Below, piece by piece: positions 30,534 through 40,301 of a DNA stretch of 64,000 nucleotides (position 1 is its first letter; every line of letters starts with the position of its first letter). Position numbers and translations under genes: made by a program. Source of the DNA: an uncultured Gemmatimonadaceae bacterium (GTDB lineage Bacteria > Gemmatimonadota > Gemmatimonadetes > Gemmatimonadales > Gemmatimonadaceae). The DNA is taken from contig CAVXGK010000002.1 of assembly GCA_963761305.1 (NCBI GenBank), positions 2,752,001 through 2,816,000 of the forward strand. The letters run 5' to 3'. The notes below the pieces were generated by a model, which was not told the origin of the DNA, did not search any database, and was given only the letters and a program-made list of their open reading frames with translations.

Positions 30534-31271
30534 TCACTTGTTCAGCGTGAAAGCAAACCGCCAGCCGAACTCAGCGTCGTAGAGCGCGGTGGTCGGCATC
30601 GCCGTCACTCCGAGTTCCGAGAAGAGCGTCGTTCCCGTCGCGCGAACGGTCGCGGACGCCGAAGATCGGCGCATCCATTCCGGCCCGCTGAACTCCGATG
30701 GTCGAGTGGGGTCGGTGCCGAAGAGCCGGCTGTCGACCGATCGTCCCGACGAGCTGTCGCTCGGAATGGCCGTCCCCTCGATGCGTCCCGCCTGCGTGGC
30801 GATGGCGAAAGTCACGCGGCGCGGTGCCGAACCGGAATCGACGTTGAGCGTGACTGAGCCCGCGCGGACGGTGAAAGCATGCGCGCGGAACAGGTCGATG
30901 ACCGGCGTGCCCGATTGGCCGAACGTCAGCGGGACGATCGGCGAGCGCGCGCCGCCCGCGGTGTCGGCTCGCGCCTCAACGGCGAGGATGAGGGCGGCGA
31001 TCGTCGTCGGGCCGATGCGCCGAGTTCCCACGGTGCTGTTCGGACACTTTGTGATGAACAGCGACGCGGACGCCGTCCCATCCTTCGACGCGGCGACCCG
31101 CCATCGCGGGCCGATGAGCGCCTGCATCTTCGTGGCGTCGGCGCGGATGGGAACCGTTATCCCGACGCAGGGTGCCGTCGAGTCGGTCGCCCAGACCACG
31201 GGTGACGTCTGGGCGTCGCCCATGAAAGGCAAAGCGAGGGAGATCGCGACCGCTATGAGTAGTTGGCGCAT
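30534..31271 (-). CDS. Secreted hypothetical protein
   Basis: Signal peptide MRQLLIAVAISLAL; stop abuts the next ATG. Confidence 0.65.
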   Translation of the reverse strand: MRQLLIAVAISLALPFMGDAQTSPVVWATDSTAPCVGITVPIRADATKMQALIGPRWRVAASKDGTASASLFITKCPNSTVGTRRIGPTTIAALILAVEARADTAGGARSPIVPLTFGQSGTPVIDLFRAHAFTVRAGSVTLNVDSGSAPRRVTFAIATQAGRIEGTAIPSDSSSGRSVDSRLFGTDPTRPSEFSGPEWMRRSSASATVRATGTTLFSELGVTAMPTTALYDAEFGWRFAFTLNK

Positions 31272-31455
31272 AGGACTCGAAGATGCTCGCTGTGCGTCGG
31301 GAAGCAAGCATGCGGCGGCGACGACGGCGTTGAACAACCCGGCGCAAGCGGTCGGACAAAGCGCCGCCATTGAACGTGCGGCCTTCCGGTCGCATTCTTA
31401 TGAGAATGCTTGGCGGCCTTGTGAACGGGCTGGACGGAGACCACGAGAGGGATCA

Positions 31456-32196
31456 ATGAAGGCTGCCGATTTCCGCAAGCTCGCCCTGGCGCTCCCCGAA
31501 GCCCTCGAGGGGGCGCACATGGGGCATGCCGACTTCCGAGTCAGAGGAAAGATCTTCGCCACGCTTGGTTATCCCGATTCCAAGTTTGGCATGGTGAATG
31601 TCCCGCCGCACGAGCAGGATCTGCTGGTCCGTCAGCACCCGGCGGCATTTGCACCGGCGTCGGGTGCCTGGGGTCGCGCCGGCAGTACATCCGTCCGGTT
31701 AGCCGTCGCCCCACGAGTTGTCGTCAAGCACGCGCTCGAATCCGCGTGGACCCGACGCGCGCCGAAGCGCCTGCGCAATAGCGATCGCCCCGTCATGCCT
31801 GGACTTCTCCGGTTTACCGGAGCAGCCAAACGGCATCCGGCCATCGGTCCGTGGCTCGACGCGCAGCCGAGCGAGCTCGGCTCGATTGCGCGGACATGGT
31901 TCGCGCGCATGCGCCGCTGCGGCGCCGACGTACGAGAACTCTTGCATGACGGTTACGCCACGGCGTGCGTCGAAGACGCACCGTTTGCCTACATCGGGGT
32001 CTTCAAGGGTCACGTCAACGTCGGGTTCTTTCACGGCGACGCGCTACCCGATCCGGCGGGGCTGTTGCAAGGAACCGGCCGGTACATGCGGCATGTGAAA
32101 GTCAAACCCGGCGTTGTCATCGACGAGTCGTTGCTCGAGGCGTTGATCGACTCCGCGTACCGAGACATCCTTTCGCGATTGACAGTCGCTAGATGA
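31456..32196 (+). CDS. MmcQ/YjbR-like domain fused to DUF1801-like domain
   Basis: HMGHADFRVRGKIFATL..GAWG, then ELLHDG..ACVEDAPF..HVNVGFFHG..LLQGTGRYMRHVK; GAGG RBS. Confidence 0.82.
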   Translation: MKAADFRKLALALPEALEGAHMGHADFRVRGKIFATLGYPDSKFGMVNVPPHEQDLLVRQHPAAFAPASGAWGRAGSTSVRLAVAPRVVVKHALESAWTRRAPKRLRNSDRPVMPGLLRFTGAAKRHPAIGPWLDAQPSELGSIARTWFARMRRCGADVRELLHDGYATACVEDAPFAYIGVFKGHVNVGFFHGDALPDPAGLLQGTGRYMRHVKVKPGVVIDESLLEALIDSAYRDILSRLTVAR

Positions 32197-32232
32197 GTCA
32201 ACCGAGGGCTTCCGCTGTCGGCAAACGGCGCC

Positions 32233-33186
32233 CTATCGCAGCGCGTTCAAGAATCGCAGGACCTCGGGCCAGACGACGTCCGGCTGCTCCGCGTACAGCA
32301 TGTGCGCCGCGTGGGGCACGCGGACGAATCGGCTCTTGGGGATCAGCGTCCACTCCTGGACCATGTCCATCGGAATGGCGTCCTCCTCGCCGTGCATGAT
32401 CAGCGTCGGGATCTCGAGTGTCGCGAGCGACGGCCGGAGATCCCAATCCCCGTACGAATTCATGACCGCGCCGTTGGTCTTGGTCAGGCCATAGCGAATC
32501 CCGGCGGGATCCGACGCGCACAGATCGGAGTGAATGCGCGACAGTGACGCGGCGTCCGCGACGCGCGGACGGAGCGCGATCGCCCAGTACTCGCGGCACG
32601 CCTGGCGAACGTTCTCACCCGCGACGAGCCGCCGATTGGCGTCGGCCGACTTCGCGCGCTGCGCGCTGTCCATCCGGCCGTTCATCGTCCGACCAAAGCG
32701 CTGCCAGAAATCGCCCCGATGCGGCGGCACCGCTCCCAAGAGCACCATCGCCCGCACGTGCTCGGGATGCGCGATTGCGTACGTCGCGGCGAGGAGTGGC
32801 CCATACGAGTGCGCGACGAGAATCACGCGGTCGATGTTGAAATGGCGGCGCACGGCATCGAGATCGGCGATCTGCGCGGCGGCGGTCAACACCTTCATGT
32901 CGGTCGGCAGCGTCGATCGGCCGGCGCCGCGCTGGTCGTAAAAGATGACGACGTGCTCGTCGGTGAGCGGCGTGAAGTCGCCGTAGATGCTCTCGAGATC
33001 GACGCCCGGGCCACCGTGGATCGCGATGATCGTGTCACGTCCGCGGCCCACCACTCTATAGAAGAGGCGGACGGAATCCGTCGAGGTGATGTACCCTTCG
33101 TTCGACTTCTGGGCGTTCGCCGGCGCGTGTGGCATGGCGGTGAACGACGCGAGCGCCATCGCGAGGATAGAGTATCGAGTGGGCAT
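32233..33186 (-). CDS. Secreted alpha/beta hydrolase (proline iminopeptidase-like)
   Basis: HGGPG, YDQRGAGRS, AHSYG nucleophile elbow, Asp/His triad region. Confidence 0.9.
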   Translation of the reverse strand: MPTRYSILAMALASFTAMPHAPANAQKSNEGYITSTDSVRLFYRVVGRGRDTIIAIHGGPGVDLESIYGDFTPLTDEHVVIFYDQRGAGRSTLPTDMKVLTAAAQIADLDAVRRHFNIDRVILVAHSYGPLLAATYAIAHPEHVRAMVLLGAVPPHRGDFWQRFGRTMNGRMDSAQRAKSADANRRLVAGENVRQACREYWAIALRPRVADAASLSRIHSDLCASDPAGIRYGLTKTNGAVMNSYGDWDLRPSLATLEIPTLIMHGEEDAIPMDMVQEWTLIPKSRFVRVPHAAHMLYAEQPDVVWPEVLRFLNALR

Positions 33187-33335
33187 CCGATGTCGGTGAT
33201 TGTGCTTGAATCCTCGGCGACGCCGAATCGTGCGTCAACCATCGCCGTTCTGCCTCGAATCGACTACGCTACGTTGAAGCTCGACGCGCTTCGAACTCGT
33301 TTCGCGTCGCTCGAAACTCGTCGCCGAATCCTTCG

Positions 33336-33581
33336 ATGAGACACGTCAGAATTCGCCGCGTCACCGCGGAACCTCAGCATCACTTCGCCGGGATTGGCGC
33401 TGCGCTCGGCGTGGTCGCGGTTGGAGCCATCGCCTTCGGTGCCATCGCCATCGGTCGGCTCGCCATTCGACGCATGGCGCTCGGCAGCGGCTCGGTCGAT
33501 CGACTCTCGATCAAGGAGTTGGATGTCGGGCGTCTTCGCGTGCGCGAATGGGCGCCGACGGAAGACGAGGACCTGTCGTGA
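33336..33581 (+). CDS. Small hypothetical membrane protein
   Basis: GAIAFGAIAIGRLAI low-complexity TM, then LxIxELxVxRL. Confidence 0.6.
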   Translation: MRHVRIRRVTAEPQHHFAGIGAALGVVAVGAIAFGAIAIGRLAIRRMALGSGSVDRLSIKELDVGRLRVREWAPTEDEDLS

Positions 33582-33584
33582 ACC

Positions 33585-34139
33585 GTGGAGATTGACGAGG
33601 CAATCGCGCTGCTGCGCGACGCCGTCGGAGACAGCGGCGACACGAGCGGCGTTTGGGCCGACCTCGGCGCCGGCGCGGGAACCTTCACGCTCGCCTTGGC
33701 GCGCATGCTGGGCGCCGGCAGCACGATTTACGCCGTCGACGACGACGCGAACGTCGTCCGCGCGCTCCGTGAACTTTCGATGCCAGCGGACGAGACGCGC
33801 ATCGTTGCGGTCGACGCGGACTTCACGCGTCCCCTCGATCTGCCTGGACTGGACGGCGCGAAGCGACTCGACGGCGTCCTATTGGCGAACTCCCTGCACT
33901 TCATACGCGACGCGACCGCCGTGCTCACGCAACTCGTGCACACTGTGCGCGGCGGCGGTCGTGTGATCGTCGTCGAGTACGATCGTCGAGAGAGAAGTCG
34001 CTGGGTGCCGTACCCGATTCCGGCGTCGCACTGGCCATTACTCGCGGCGGCAGCCGGACTGCGCGACGCGGCGATCACGGCGACGCGACCGTCGGAGTTT
34101 TCGGGATACCTATACGTCGGCGCGGCGACGAAACCGTAG
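33585..34139 (+). CDS. Class I SAM-dependent methyltransferase
   Basis: WADLGAGAGTFT motif I, ANSLHF, VVEYD. Confidence 0.88.
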   Translation: MEIDEAIALLRDAVGDSGDTSGVWADLGAGAGTFTLALARMLGAGSTIYAVDDDANVVRALRELSMPADETRIVAVDADFTRPLDLPGLDGAKRLDGVLLANSLHFIRDATAVLTQLVHTVRGGGRVIVVEYDRRERSRWVPYPIPASHWPLLAAAAGLRDAAITATRPSEFSGYLYVGAATKP

Positions 34140-34141
34140 AC

Positions 34142-34366
34142 TCACGACTGCTGGAGCGGCTTGGCGTCCTTGTCGCTGCGGGTCGAGATGCGAAGCACGA
34201 AATACAGCAGCGACCAGCCGGTGAGGCTCGACACGAGGAGAATGACGTCGGCCACGCCGAACACGAGGCTGAGCGTACCCCGCGGCAGCTCGAAAAACAC
34301 GACGCCGACGATGGCGCCGAGGAGCATTCGTATAGTCCGGTCAGCGTCCCCGAGGTTCTGTGTCAT
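34142..34366 (-). CDS. DUF2892 (YgaP-like) membrane protein
   Basis: NLGDADRTIR, two TM helices, LRIST; alternative start at 34408. Confidence 0.75.
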   Translation of the reverse strand: MTQNLGDADRTIRMLLGAIVGVVFFELPRGTLSLVFGVADVILLVSSLTGWSLLYFVLRISTRSDKDAKPLQQS

Positions 34367-34527
34367 GCCCTCGCCCGAATCGTTGCTCGACATGCGATCG
34401 GCGGTCATCGGACCGCCCTCATGTAAATAGCGGCTGGGGCGTCGTTCGGCCAAGGCCGGGGCTTTCGGACGGAACTCGGCGCGCATCTTGAGAAAAGAGC
34501 ACGCGCCAGGAGCGGCCGAGCGATCTC

Positions 34528-35148
34528 ATGAAAAGCGTGTTGTGCTACGGCGATTCGATCACGTGGGGACGCAACCCCGCCAACGGAACGCGATTCCCTT
34601 TCGATCAGCGATGGCCCGGCGTCTTGCAGGCGCGACTCGGCGCCGACTATCGCGTCATCGAAGAGGGACTGGGCCAGCGACTCGTCGCCGCCGAGTCGTG
34701 GGTGGTGCCGCACCGCGACGGTCGCGCGATGCTCGGCCCGCTCCTCGAATCACACGCGCCGCTCGACTGGGTGATCATCATGCTCGGCACGAACGACTGC
34801 GGGCCGACGTTTGACCTGAGCGTCGGTGAGATCGCGATCGGCATGACGACGATGCTCTGGGCGATTCAGAAATCGGCGGCCGGACCGAGGGGCGCGGCGC
34901 CGCGAGTGGTCCTGATCTCGCCGCCGCTCCTGGGCAAACTCTCGCCGTTCATGGAACTCTTCTTTCACGGCGCGGACCATACGGTCCGTGGGTTGGCGGG
35001 CGCGTTCGCGACGGTAGCCGAAACGTGCGGTGCGAAGTTCCTGGACGCGGCCAAGGTCGTCCCGCCGGGCCCGATCGACGGCGTGCATCCGGATGCGAAC
35101 GGTCATCGCCAGCTCGGCGAGGCCGTCGCGGCTATCGTGCGAGACTAG
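34528..35148 (+). CDS. SGNH/GDSL hydrolase
   Basis: GDSITWG, MLGTND, DGVHP. Confidence 0.92.
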   Translation: MKSVLCYGDSITWGRNPANGTRFPFDQRWPGVLQARLGADYRVIEEGLGQRLVAAESWVVPHRDGRAMLGPLLESHAPLDWVIIMLGTNDCGPTFDLSVGEIAIGMTTMLWAIQKSAAGPRGAAPRVVLISPPLLGKLSPFMELFFHGADHTVRGLAGAFATVAETCGAKFLDAAKVVPPGPIDGVHPDANGHRQLGEAVAAIVRD

Positions 35149-35208
35149 CCATCGGGGGAGCAACATCCGCTTGCCCTCGCACGACGGGCGACGCAATGTT
35201 GCAGCGCG

Positions 35209-35862
35209 ATGAACGACATGCTCCCCGCCGACGCGCAGCTCGCGCGCGAGACGCTCCGCCTGACGCCGGAAGTGCTGGCGGCCGACTCGAACGTGACGCC
35301 CGCCGTCGTCGCCGGCTGGGAGCGCGGGCAGATCAAGGTTCCGCGTCGCGTCGCGGCCGAGCTCCGGTGGCGCGTTGCACGCAAGGAGCGACTTGATGCC
35401 CTCGCGGCGAGCGGGCTCGCGACCTGTAGTTGGATAGCCGCATTCGAGAAGGAGCCGCCCCGGAAGGGACTAGAGAAGCAGAATGAGAACGTGGATCGGC
35501 TGCTCGCCCACATGCGGAGCTGCGACGTGTGCACGGCACGAGAGACGTTCATCGAGGAGCGGTTTCCGCCGATGCCTGACCCGCCGGTCACAGGCTGGCT
35601 GGCGCTCGTCGTCCCGATCGTACGGCGAGTTCAGGCGTTGCCCCGTTGGGCGCAACCGCCGGCGGTCGGCGCGCTGATCGGTCTCGCGTACGGACTGTTC
35701 AGGCTCGTCTTGACCCTACCGGCGATCGCCCGAGCGTCGGCGCAAGGACTGCTCGGGGCTCTCGAAGGACTCGCGGCGAGTGCGCTCGTCGGTGTTGTCG
35801 GCGGATTTCTGTACGGAGCGTATCGGCGTTTGCGCAGACCGCCGGTCGCGACCGACCCATGA
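35209..35862 (+). CDS. Hypothetical protein with XRE-like HTH, HxxxCxxC motif and C-terminal TM helices
   Basis: ARETLRLTPEVLA..VAGWERG; HMRSCDVC; hydrophobic C-terminus. Confidence 0.65.
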   Translation: MNDMLPADAQLARETLRLTPEVLAADSNVTPAVVAGWERGQIKVPRRVAAELRWRVARKERLDALAASGLATCSWIAAFEKEPPRKGLEKQNENVDRLLAHMRSCDVCTARETFIEERFPPMPDPPVTGWLALVVPIVRRVQALPRWAQPPAVGALIGLAYGLFRLVLTLPAIARASAQGLLGALEGLAASALVGVVGGFLYGAYRRLRRPPVATDP

Positions 35863-36272
35863 GCAACTCCCGCATTCTCGCCGAGTTCATGGAAGTGGTA
35901 TGGAATCAGGGCGACGCGTCGGCGGCCGATCGATTTCTCGCCGACAGCTACGTGATTCACAGCGATCCCGGCGACCCCTGGGACGGACAGACGCTGTCGC
36001 GCGAAACTTTCAAACAACGTTTGCTGACGTCTCGCGGCCCGTTCCCCGATTTGCGCTTCGACGTGAGCGACACGATCGCAGACGGCGACCGGGTCGCGAT
36101 CGCCTGGACGATGCGCGGCCGGCAGACCGGATCGTTCGCCGGTCGTCCGCCGACCGGCCGCAGCATCGAAGTGAAAGGAATGACCATCTACTACTTCACC
36201 GCCGGCCGGATCACCGGCCATCGACAAGTCGTCGATCGACTCACGGCCGGGCGCCAACTCGGCCTGGCATGA
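35859..36272 (+). CDS. SnoaL-like ester cyclase (NTF2 fold)
   Basis: EVVWNQGD, FPDLRF, DGDRVA, PPTGRSI; ATGA overlap. Confidence 0.88.
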   Translation: MSNSRILAEFMEVVWNQGDASAADRFLADSYVIHSDPGDPWDGQTLSRETFKQRLLTSRGPFPDLRFDVSDTIADGDRVAIAWTMRGRQTGSFAGRPPTGRSIEVKGMTIYYFTAGRITGHRQVVDRLTAGRQLGLA

Positions 36273-36320
36273 GCTCGACTCGCCGCTCAACGTTCTGAGA
36301 AGCCGACCGGAGCATCCAGC

Positions 36321-36935
36321 ATGTCCTACGTCGATTCGCAGCTGCTGCCGAACGAAGTCGTCGTGTATCGCGCGCGTCTTCACCGCAGCTTGTTCATTCT
36401 CCCGTGCGTCTTCGGCCTCCTTGCCGCCGGCACGATGGTCTTCGCGCTCGCGCGGCATCCGTTCTGGTGGCTCGTGCTCGCGCTGGCGGTCCTCGGCGCG
36501 ATTACGTTTGCCGCGGCGTGGGTGAAGTACACGACGTCGGAGTTCGCCGTCACCAACAAGCGCGTCGTCATCAAGGTCGGCTGGATTCGCCGCCGTACGG
36601 TCGAAACGATGCTCGCGAAAGTCGAGGGAATCGGCGTCGATCAGAGTCTGACCGGCCGACTCTCCGGATTCGGCACCATCGTGGTGACGGGCACCGGTGG
36701 AACGAAGGAAGAGTTCGACCGCATCGCCGACCCGCTCGAGTTTCGCCGGCAGGTACAGGCGGCGATCGCCGCCGGCGACGATGCTCGTGCGGGAATCGCG
36801 GCGCCCGAGGGCGGCTACGCTCCCGCGGACCGCCAGGAACGAGAGTGTCCCTACTGCGCGGAGCGAATTCTCGCCAAGGCAAAGGTCTGTCGATTCTGCG
36901 GCCGCGACGTCAGCGCAGCCGCGCCGACCCAGTGA
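36321..36935 (+). CDS. Bacterial PH domain (bPH_2) membrane protein with C-terminal zinc ribbon
   Basis: EFAVTNKRVVIKVG, VDQS..GR..GFGTI, CPYCAE..CRFCG; GGAG RBS. Confidence 0.85.
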   Translation: MSYVDSQLLPNEVVVYRARLHRSLFILPCVFGLLAAGTMVFALARHPFWWLVLALAVLGAITFAAAWVKYTTSEFAVTNKRVVIKVGWIRRRTVETMLAKVEGIGVDQSLTGRLSGFGTIVVTGTGGTKEEFDRIADPLEFRRQVQAAIAAGDDARAGIAAPEGGYAPADRQERECPYCAERILAKAKVCRFCGRDVSAAAPTQ

Positions 36936-36946
36936 CGGAGCCCAAC

Positions 36947-37219
36947 ATGGCGGAGACCCTTTCGGCTACCGAGTCGGCCGTGCTCAGCGTGTTTCGGCAA
37001 ATGGGGGCGCGTGCCGGCGCGCTGATGCCCGACGACGTTCTCCGCTCGAACGTCCTGTACGGCGGCGGCCCATCGCTTCCGGGCGACCTCGAAACCGCGA
37101 TCCTCAACCTGCAGTTTCGTGGGCTCATCACTCCGGGACCCGACCCCGTGAGTGCCATTTCGTGGGTGCTGACTCAGTCGGGCGAAGCGGTCCTCAAGGC
37201 GCCGCACGGGAATCGCTAG
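36947..37219 (+). CDS. Hypothetical protein (possible winged helix)
   Basis: GGAG RBS; AILNLQFRGLI..LTQSGEAVL. Confidence 0.6.
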   Translation: MAETLSATESAVLSVFRQMGARAGALMPDDVLRSNVLYGGGPSLPGDLETAILNLQFRGLITPGPDPVSAISWVLTQSGEAVLKAPHGNR

Positions 37220-37222
37220 AGG

Positions 37223-38596
37223 CTACTCCAGCAACGGTCCGCTGGTCGCGCCGGCCGGCTGAAGCGACGCGCTAGCGGCGCTGGCGCTGCCGAGCGCGTG
37301 CCAATCGCGCGGCGTATCGGTGACGCGGCGCAGAATCGAGAACGACACGATCACCATGGCGAGCAGCGAGAGGATCGCGAACGCTTCGCCGGTGAGCACG
37401 GGCATGCCGCTCTTCTCGACCGTGATCCACGTCGTCGCGCCCCAGATGAGTGGACCCGTCACCGCCGAGAAACGGCCGACCATTCCATATAGTCCGTAAA
37501 ACTCGCCGACGCGGTCGGGCGGCGTGAGCCGCAGCATGAACGGACGGTCCGACGCCCACGTGCCGCCGAGACAGATGCCTGCCGCGCACGCCACGACGAA
37601 CAGCCAGACGATGTGCAGGTGCAAGAAACCGATCGACGCGGCCGTGACAAACGTCAGCATCCATCCGACGAGGACGATGTTCAACGTGCGCTTTGGGCCG
37701 ATCTTGTCCACGATGAAGCCCCACAGAATGCCGCCGAGAATCGCCGCGGTGATGGCCGACATGAGGACGAGCTGCGCCTTTTGCTCGCCATTCTCCTTCG
37801 TGAGGCCCGTCGAGATCGCAACGTTGACCGTGTAGAGCGACATGAACAGGATCACGGTGTTGATCGCATCCGTATAGAAGGCGCGGCCGATCAAAAAGCG
37901 CAGCAGTCCCGGAAAGCGATGTCCCGACTTGAGCGTTTGGACGGTTTGCCGCAACGACTCGGCGACCGCGTCGAAAGTAAAGATGGAACGCGGGTTCGCG
38001 TTGCCGCGCTCGCGCACGAACAGAAAGCAGGGGATGGCCAGCGCCAGAAACGCGAGGGCAACGAACAGGAAGTAGTTGGCGAACGGGAACTCGTGCGTCT
38101 TCGAGGCCATCAGGAGCCCGGCGCCGACGGCGATATACGAGCCGGTGTACCCGATACCGATGGCGATGCCATTGATGCGCCCGCGGTTTTCTTCCGTCGT
38201 CACTTCGGGCAGCAGCGAGTCGTAGAACTGCACGCCCGCCTGGTAGCATCCATTCGCGATCACGAATAGCAGCGCACTCACGGCGAACGGTCCGCGGCCG
38301 ATGAGGGCCGTGGCGGCGCAGCAGAGGAGCGTCGCCCACACGAGGAACGGCATTCGGCGACGCGCGCGGTCGGTCATCGCGCCGAGCAGCGGCGAGAGGC
38401 AGAACATGATGCCCATCGACACCGCGCTGATGCGCCCGAGCAGACTATCGGCACGCTCGGAGCCGACGGCCGCCCGCACGAAGAGCGAGAAGTAGAGCGA
38501 CGTCACCCCCATGGAGAAGATGACGTTGGCCAGATCGTAGACGATCCAGCTGACCACCGCCCGTCGCGGAATGACTCTCGTCGGTTCAGACGTCAC
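37223..38596 (-). CDS. MFS transporter (UMF1/ATG22-like)
   Basis: SWIVYDLAN, LGAMTDRARRR, FYDSLLPEV, GEFYGLY; about 12 TM helices. Confidence 0.9.
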   Translation of the reverse strand: MTSEPTRVIPRRAVVSWIVYDLANVIFSMGVTSLYFSLFVRAAVGSERADSLLGRISAVSMGIMFCLSPLLGAMTDRARRRMPFLVWATLLCCAATALIGRGPFAVSALLFVIANGCYQAGVQFYDSLLPEVTTEENRGRINGIAIGIGYTGSYIAVGAGLLMASKTHEFPFANYFLFVALAFLALAIPCFLFVRERGNANPRSIFTFDAVAESLRQTVQTLKSGHRFPGLLRFLIGRAFYTDAINTVILFMSLYTVNVAISTGLTKENGEQKAQLVLMSAITAAILGGILWGFIVDKIGPKRTLNIVLVGWMLTFVTAASIGFLHLHIVWLFVVACAAGICLGGTWASDRPFMLRLTPPDRVGEFYGLYGMVGRFSAVTGPLIWGATTWITVEKSGMPVLTGEAFAILSLLAMVIVSFSILRRVTDTPRDWHALGSASAASASLQPAGATSGPLLE

Positions 38597-38700
38597 GCGT
38601 CGCCAAATCCATGTAAATGGTCACCTGAACGATGCTTCGAGCCCGGTCACCCGACAATACGACAACCAACGTAGACAAGAAAACGACGTCACGAAACGAG

Positions 38701-39393
38701 TCACGTCAGGGGCGCAGGGGCCGTCGCCGGTCCCGCCGGTTGCGATTGCGCCCCGGCGCGGGCAGGCATGCGTTTGCCGTAGGCGAAGGTCCACGAAATC
38801 GTGGCGAGCAACAGCCCGCCCAGAACGATCGGCGACACGACCAGCACCGTCGCCACGGGAAGCGTATATACGAGCACGATGCGCACGACGAACTCCCCGA
38901 GCGACGTCACGCCCCACACGACTGTGATGAGGCGCATCGTGCGTCGAAACCCGGGCCGCTGCCAGCCGCGGTCGAAGTCGGCGATGCGCGCCGGATCGCG
39001 GCCCGCGGTGAAGTAGCGCGAGACGTAGAACATGATCGGACGCGGCGCCGCGAGCGAGGCGAAGCATGCCAACCCGAACGCGCCGGTGAAGAACGACTCG
39101 CGAATCAACAGCAGCTTCGGACTGCCGCCCAGCAACACCGCGATCATGCTCACGACGATGCTGACGAGCGAGAGCAGCGCCACCGGATCGAGCGATCCGA
39201 CACGGAGCAGATCGACGACGCTCCATCCGAGCGGGAACACGGCCGCCGCACTGAGCGCCGCGAGCTCCGACGCCGCGAAGTAACGCTTCGCGAATTGATA
39301 CAACAACACGGGCACGAGCGCGTTCAAGACCATGCTGACGAGCAGACCGCGAAACAGGCGCTGCGTCGGCGCCGTGGCCGTTGGCGCGGTCAT
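38701..39393 (-). CDS. VC0807-like membrane protein
   Basis: PKLLLIRESFFTG, RPIMFY, FRRTMRLITVVWG; ATGA overlap with DUF302 gene. Confidence 0.78.
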   Translation of the reverse strand: MTAPTATAPTQRLFRGLLVSMVLNALVPVLLYQFAKRYFAASELAALSAAAVFPLGWSVVDLLRVGSLDPVALLSLVSIVVSMIAVLLGGSPKLLLIRESFFTGAFGLACFASLAAPRPIMFYVSRYFTAGRDPARIADFDRGWQRPGFRRTMRLITVVWGVTSLGEFVVRIVLVYTLPVATVLVVSPIVLGGLLLATISWTFAYGKRMPARAGAQSQPAGPATAPAPLT

Positions 39394-39782
39394 GCTTCCG
39401 CGGTGGCAGCAGTGGCGAGGGCTTCGACCGCGGCGAGCGGCGCGGCGACATCGGTGGGCACCCCGTGTCGCTCGATGAGATAGGCGAGCGAATTGTAGGA
39501 GACCCACGCGGCTCCGTGCTCATCCTCCCACACGAGAAGTTTGAGAGGAAGGTCGATCGCGATGCTCGGCGCGGCGAGCATCGCCGGTGTGCCGGCGCGC
39601 GGACTGCCGAACACGACAAGCTTCGTAGGACGCATCGTCATGCCGACCGCCGCCGCCTCGCCGCTGTGATCGATCAGCGCGAACAGCGAGATCTGCTTGG
39701 CGTCGAGGAGCGCCTTGATGCGGGCGACGGTGTCGTCGACCGAACGCGCGCTGCGCCGCGAGACGATGCCGTGTTCACTCAT
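39390..39782 (-). CDS. DUF302 domain protein
   Basis: FALIDHSGEA, FGSPRAGTP, IDLPLKLLVWED. Confidence 0.9.
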   Translation of the reverse strand: MSEHGIVSRRSARSVDDTVARIKALLDAKQISLFALIDHSGEAAAVGMTMRPTKLVVFGSPRAGTPAMLAAPSIAIDLPLKLLVWEDEHGAAWVSYNSLAYLIERHGVPTDVAAPLAAVEALATAATAEA

Positions 39783-39867
39783 CCGCTGGAGTATAAATTC
39801 CAATAGCCGCGACGACGAGCCATCGCCCGTCTCCGTTGTGAAACGGCCCGCCTTTCGTGAACCCCAT

Positions 39868-40299
39868 GTGTCGCCAACCTTGACGTTCTCGGCAGACGAT
39901 TTGCGGTCGGCGCTCTTTGCCTACACGCTGTCCAGAGGCGACGGCGCTTTCGTACACCAACACGCCGTCGACGCACTCGGTGCGCAAACCGCGAACGCGC
40001 GTACCACACCGATGCAGCTCACGTTCGCGCTTGCGGGACTGTACTTGAAGGTTGAACTCGGCTACACGGGGCGACAGGTCCGGCAGGTGCATGCGGCGCT
40101 CGCCCGACGCCGCCCCGCGTGGCCTCTCGTCGAGCCGCCGACACTTCGCGGAACGATGACGGTCGAGGACGTTCTCGCCGCGCCCGCAGGTCCGCCGCGC
40201 GACGCAACGATCGACGCGTGGTGCGCCGCGGTGTGGACGGCATTTGCGCCGTGCCGACAGATTGTGATTGACTTTCTGAAGGACAACGGCGTCGTCTGA
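39868..40299 (+). CDS. DUF5946-like protein
   Basis: FVHQHAVDALGAQ, FALAGLYL, WCAAVW; start uncertain. Confidence 0.7.
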   Translation: MSPTLTFSADDLRSALFAYTLSRGDGAFVHQHAVDALGAQTANARTTPMQLTFALAGLYLKVELGYTGRQVRQVHAALARRRPAWPLVEPPTLRGTMTVEDVLAAPAGPPRDATIDAWCAAVWTAFAPCRQIVIDFLKDNGVV

Positions 40300-40301
40300 A
40301 C

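Noticed and set aside
30589..31455. N-terminal extension of the 535-aa ORF 30589..32196
   Set aside because: Antisense shadow of the 30534..31271 gene; a good RBS and ATG lie at 31456
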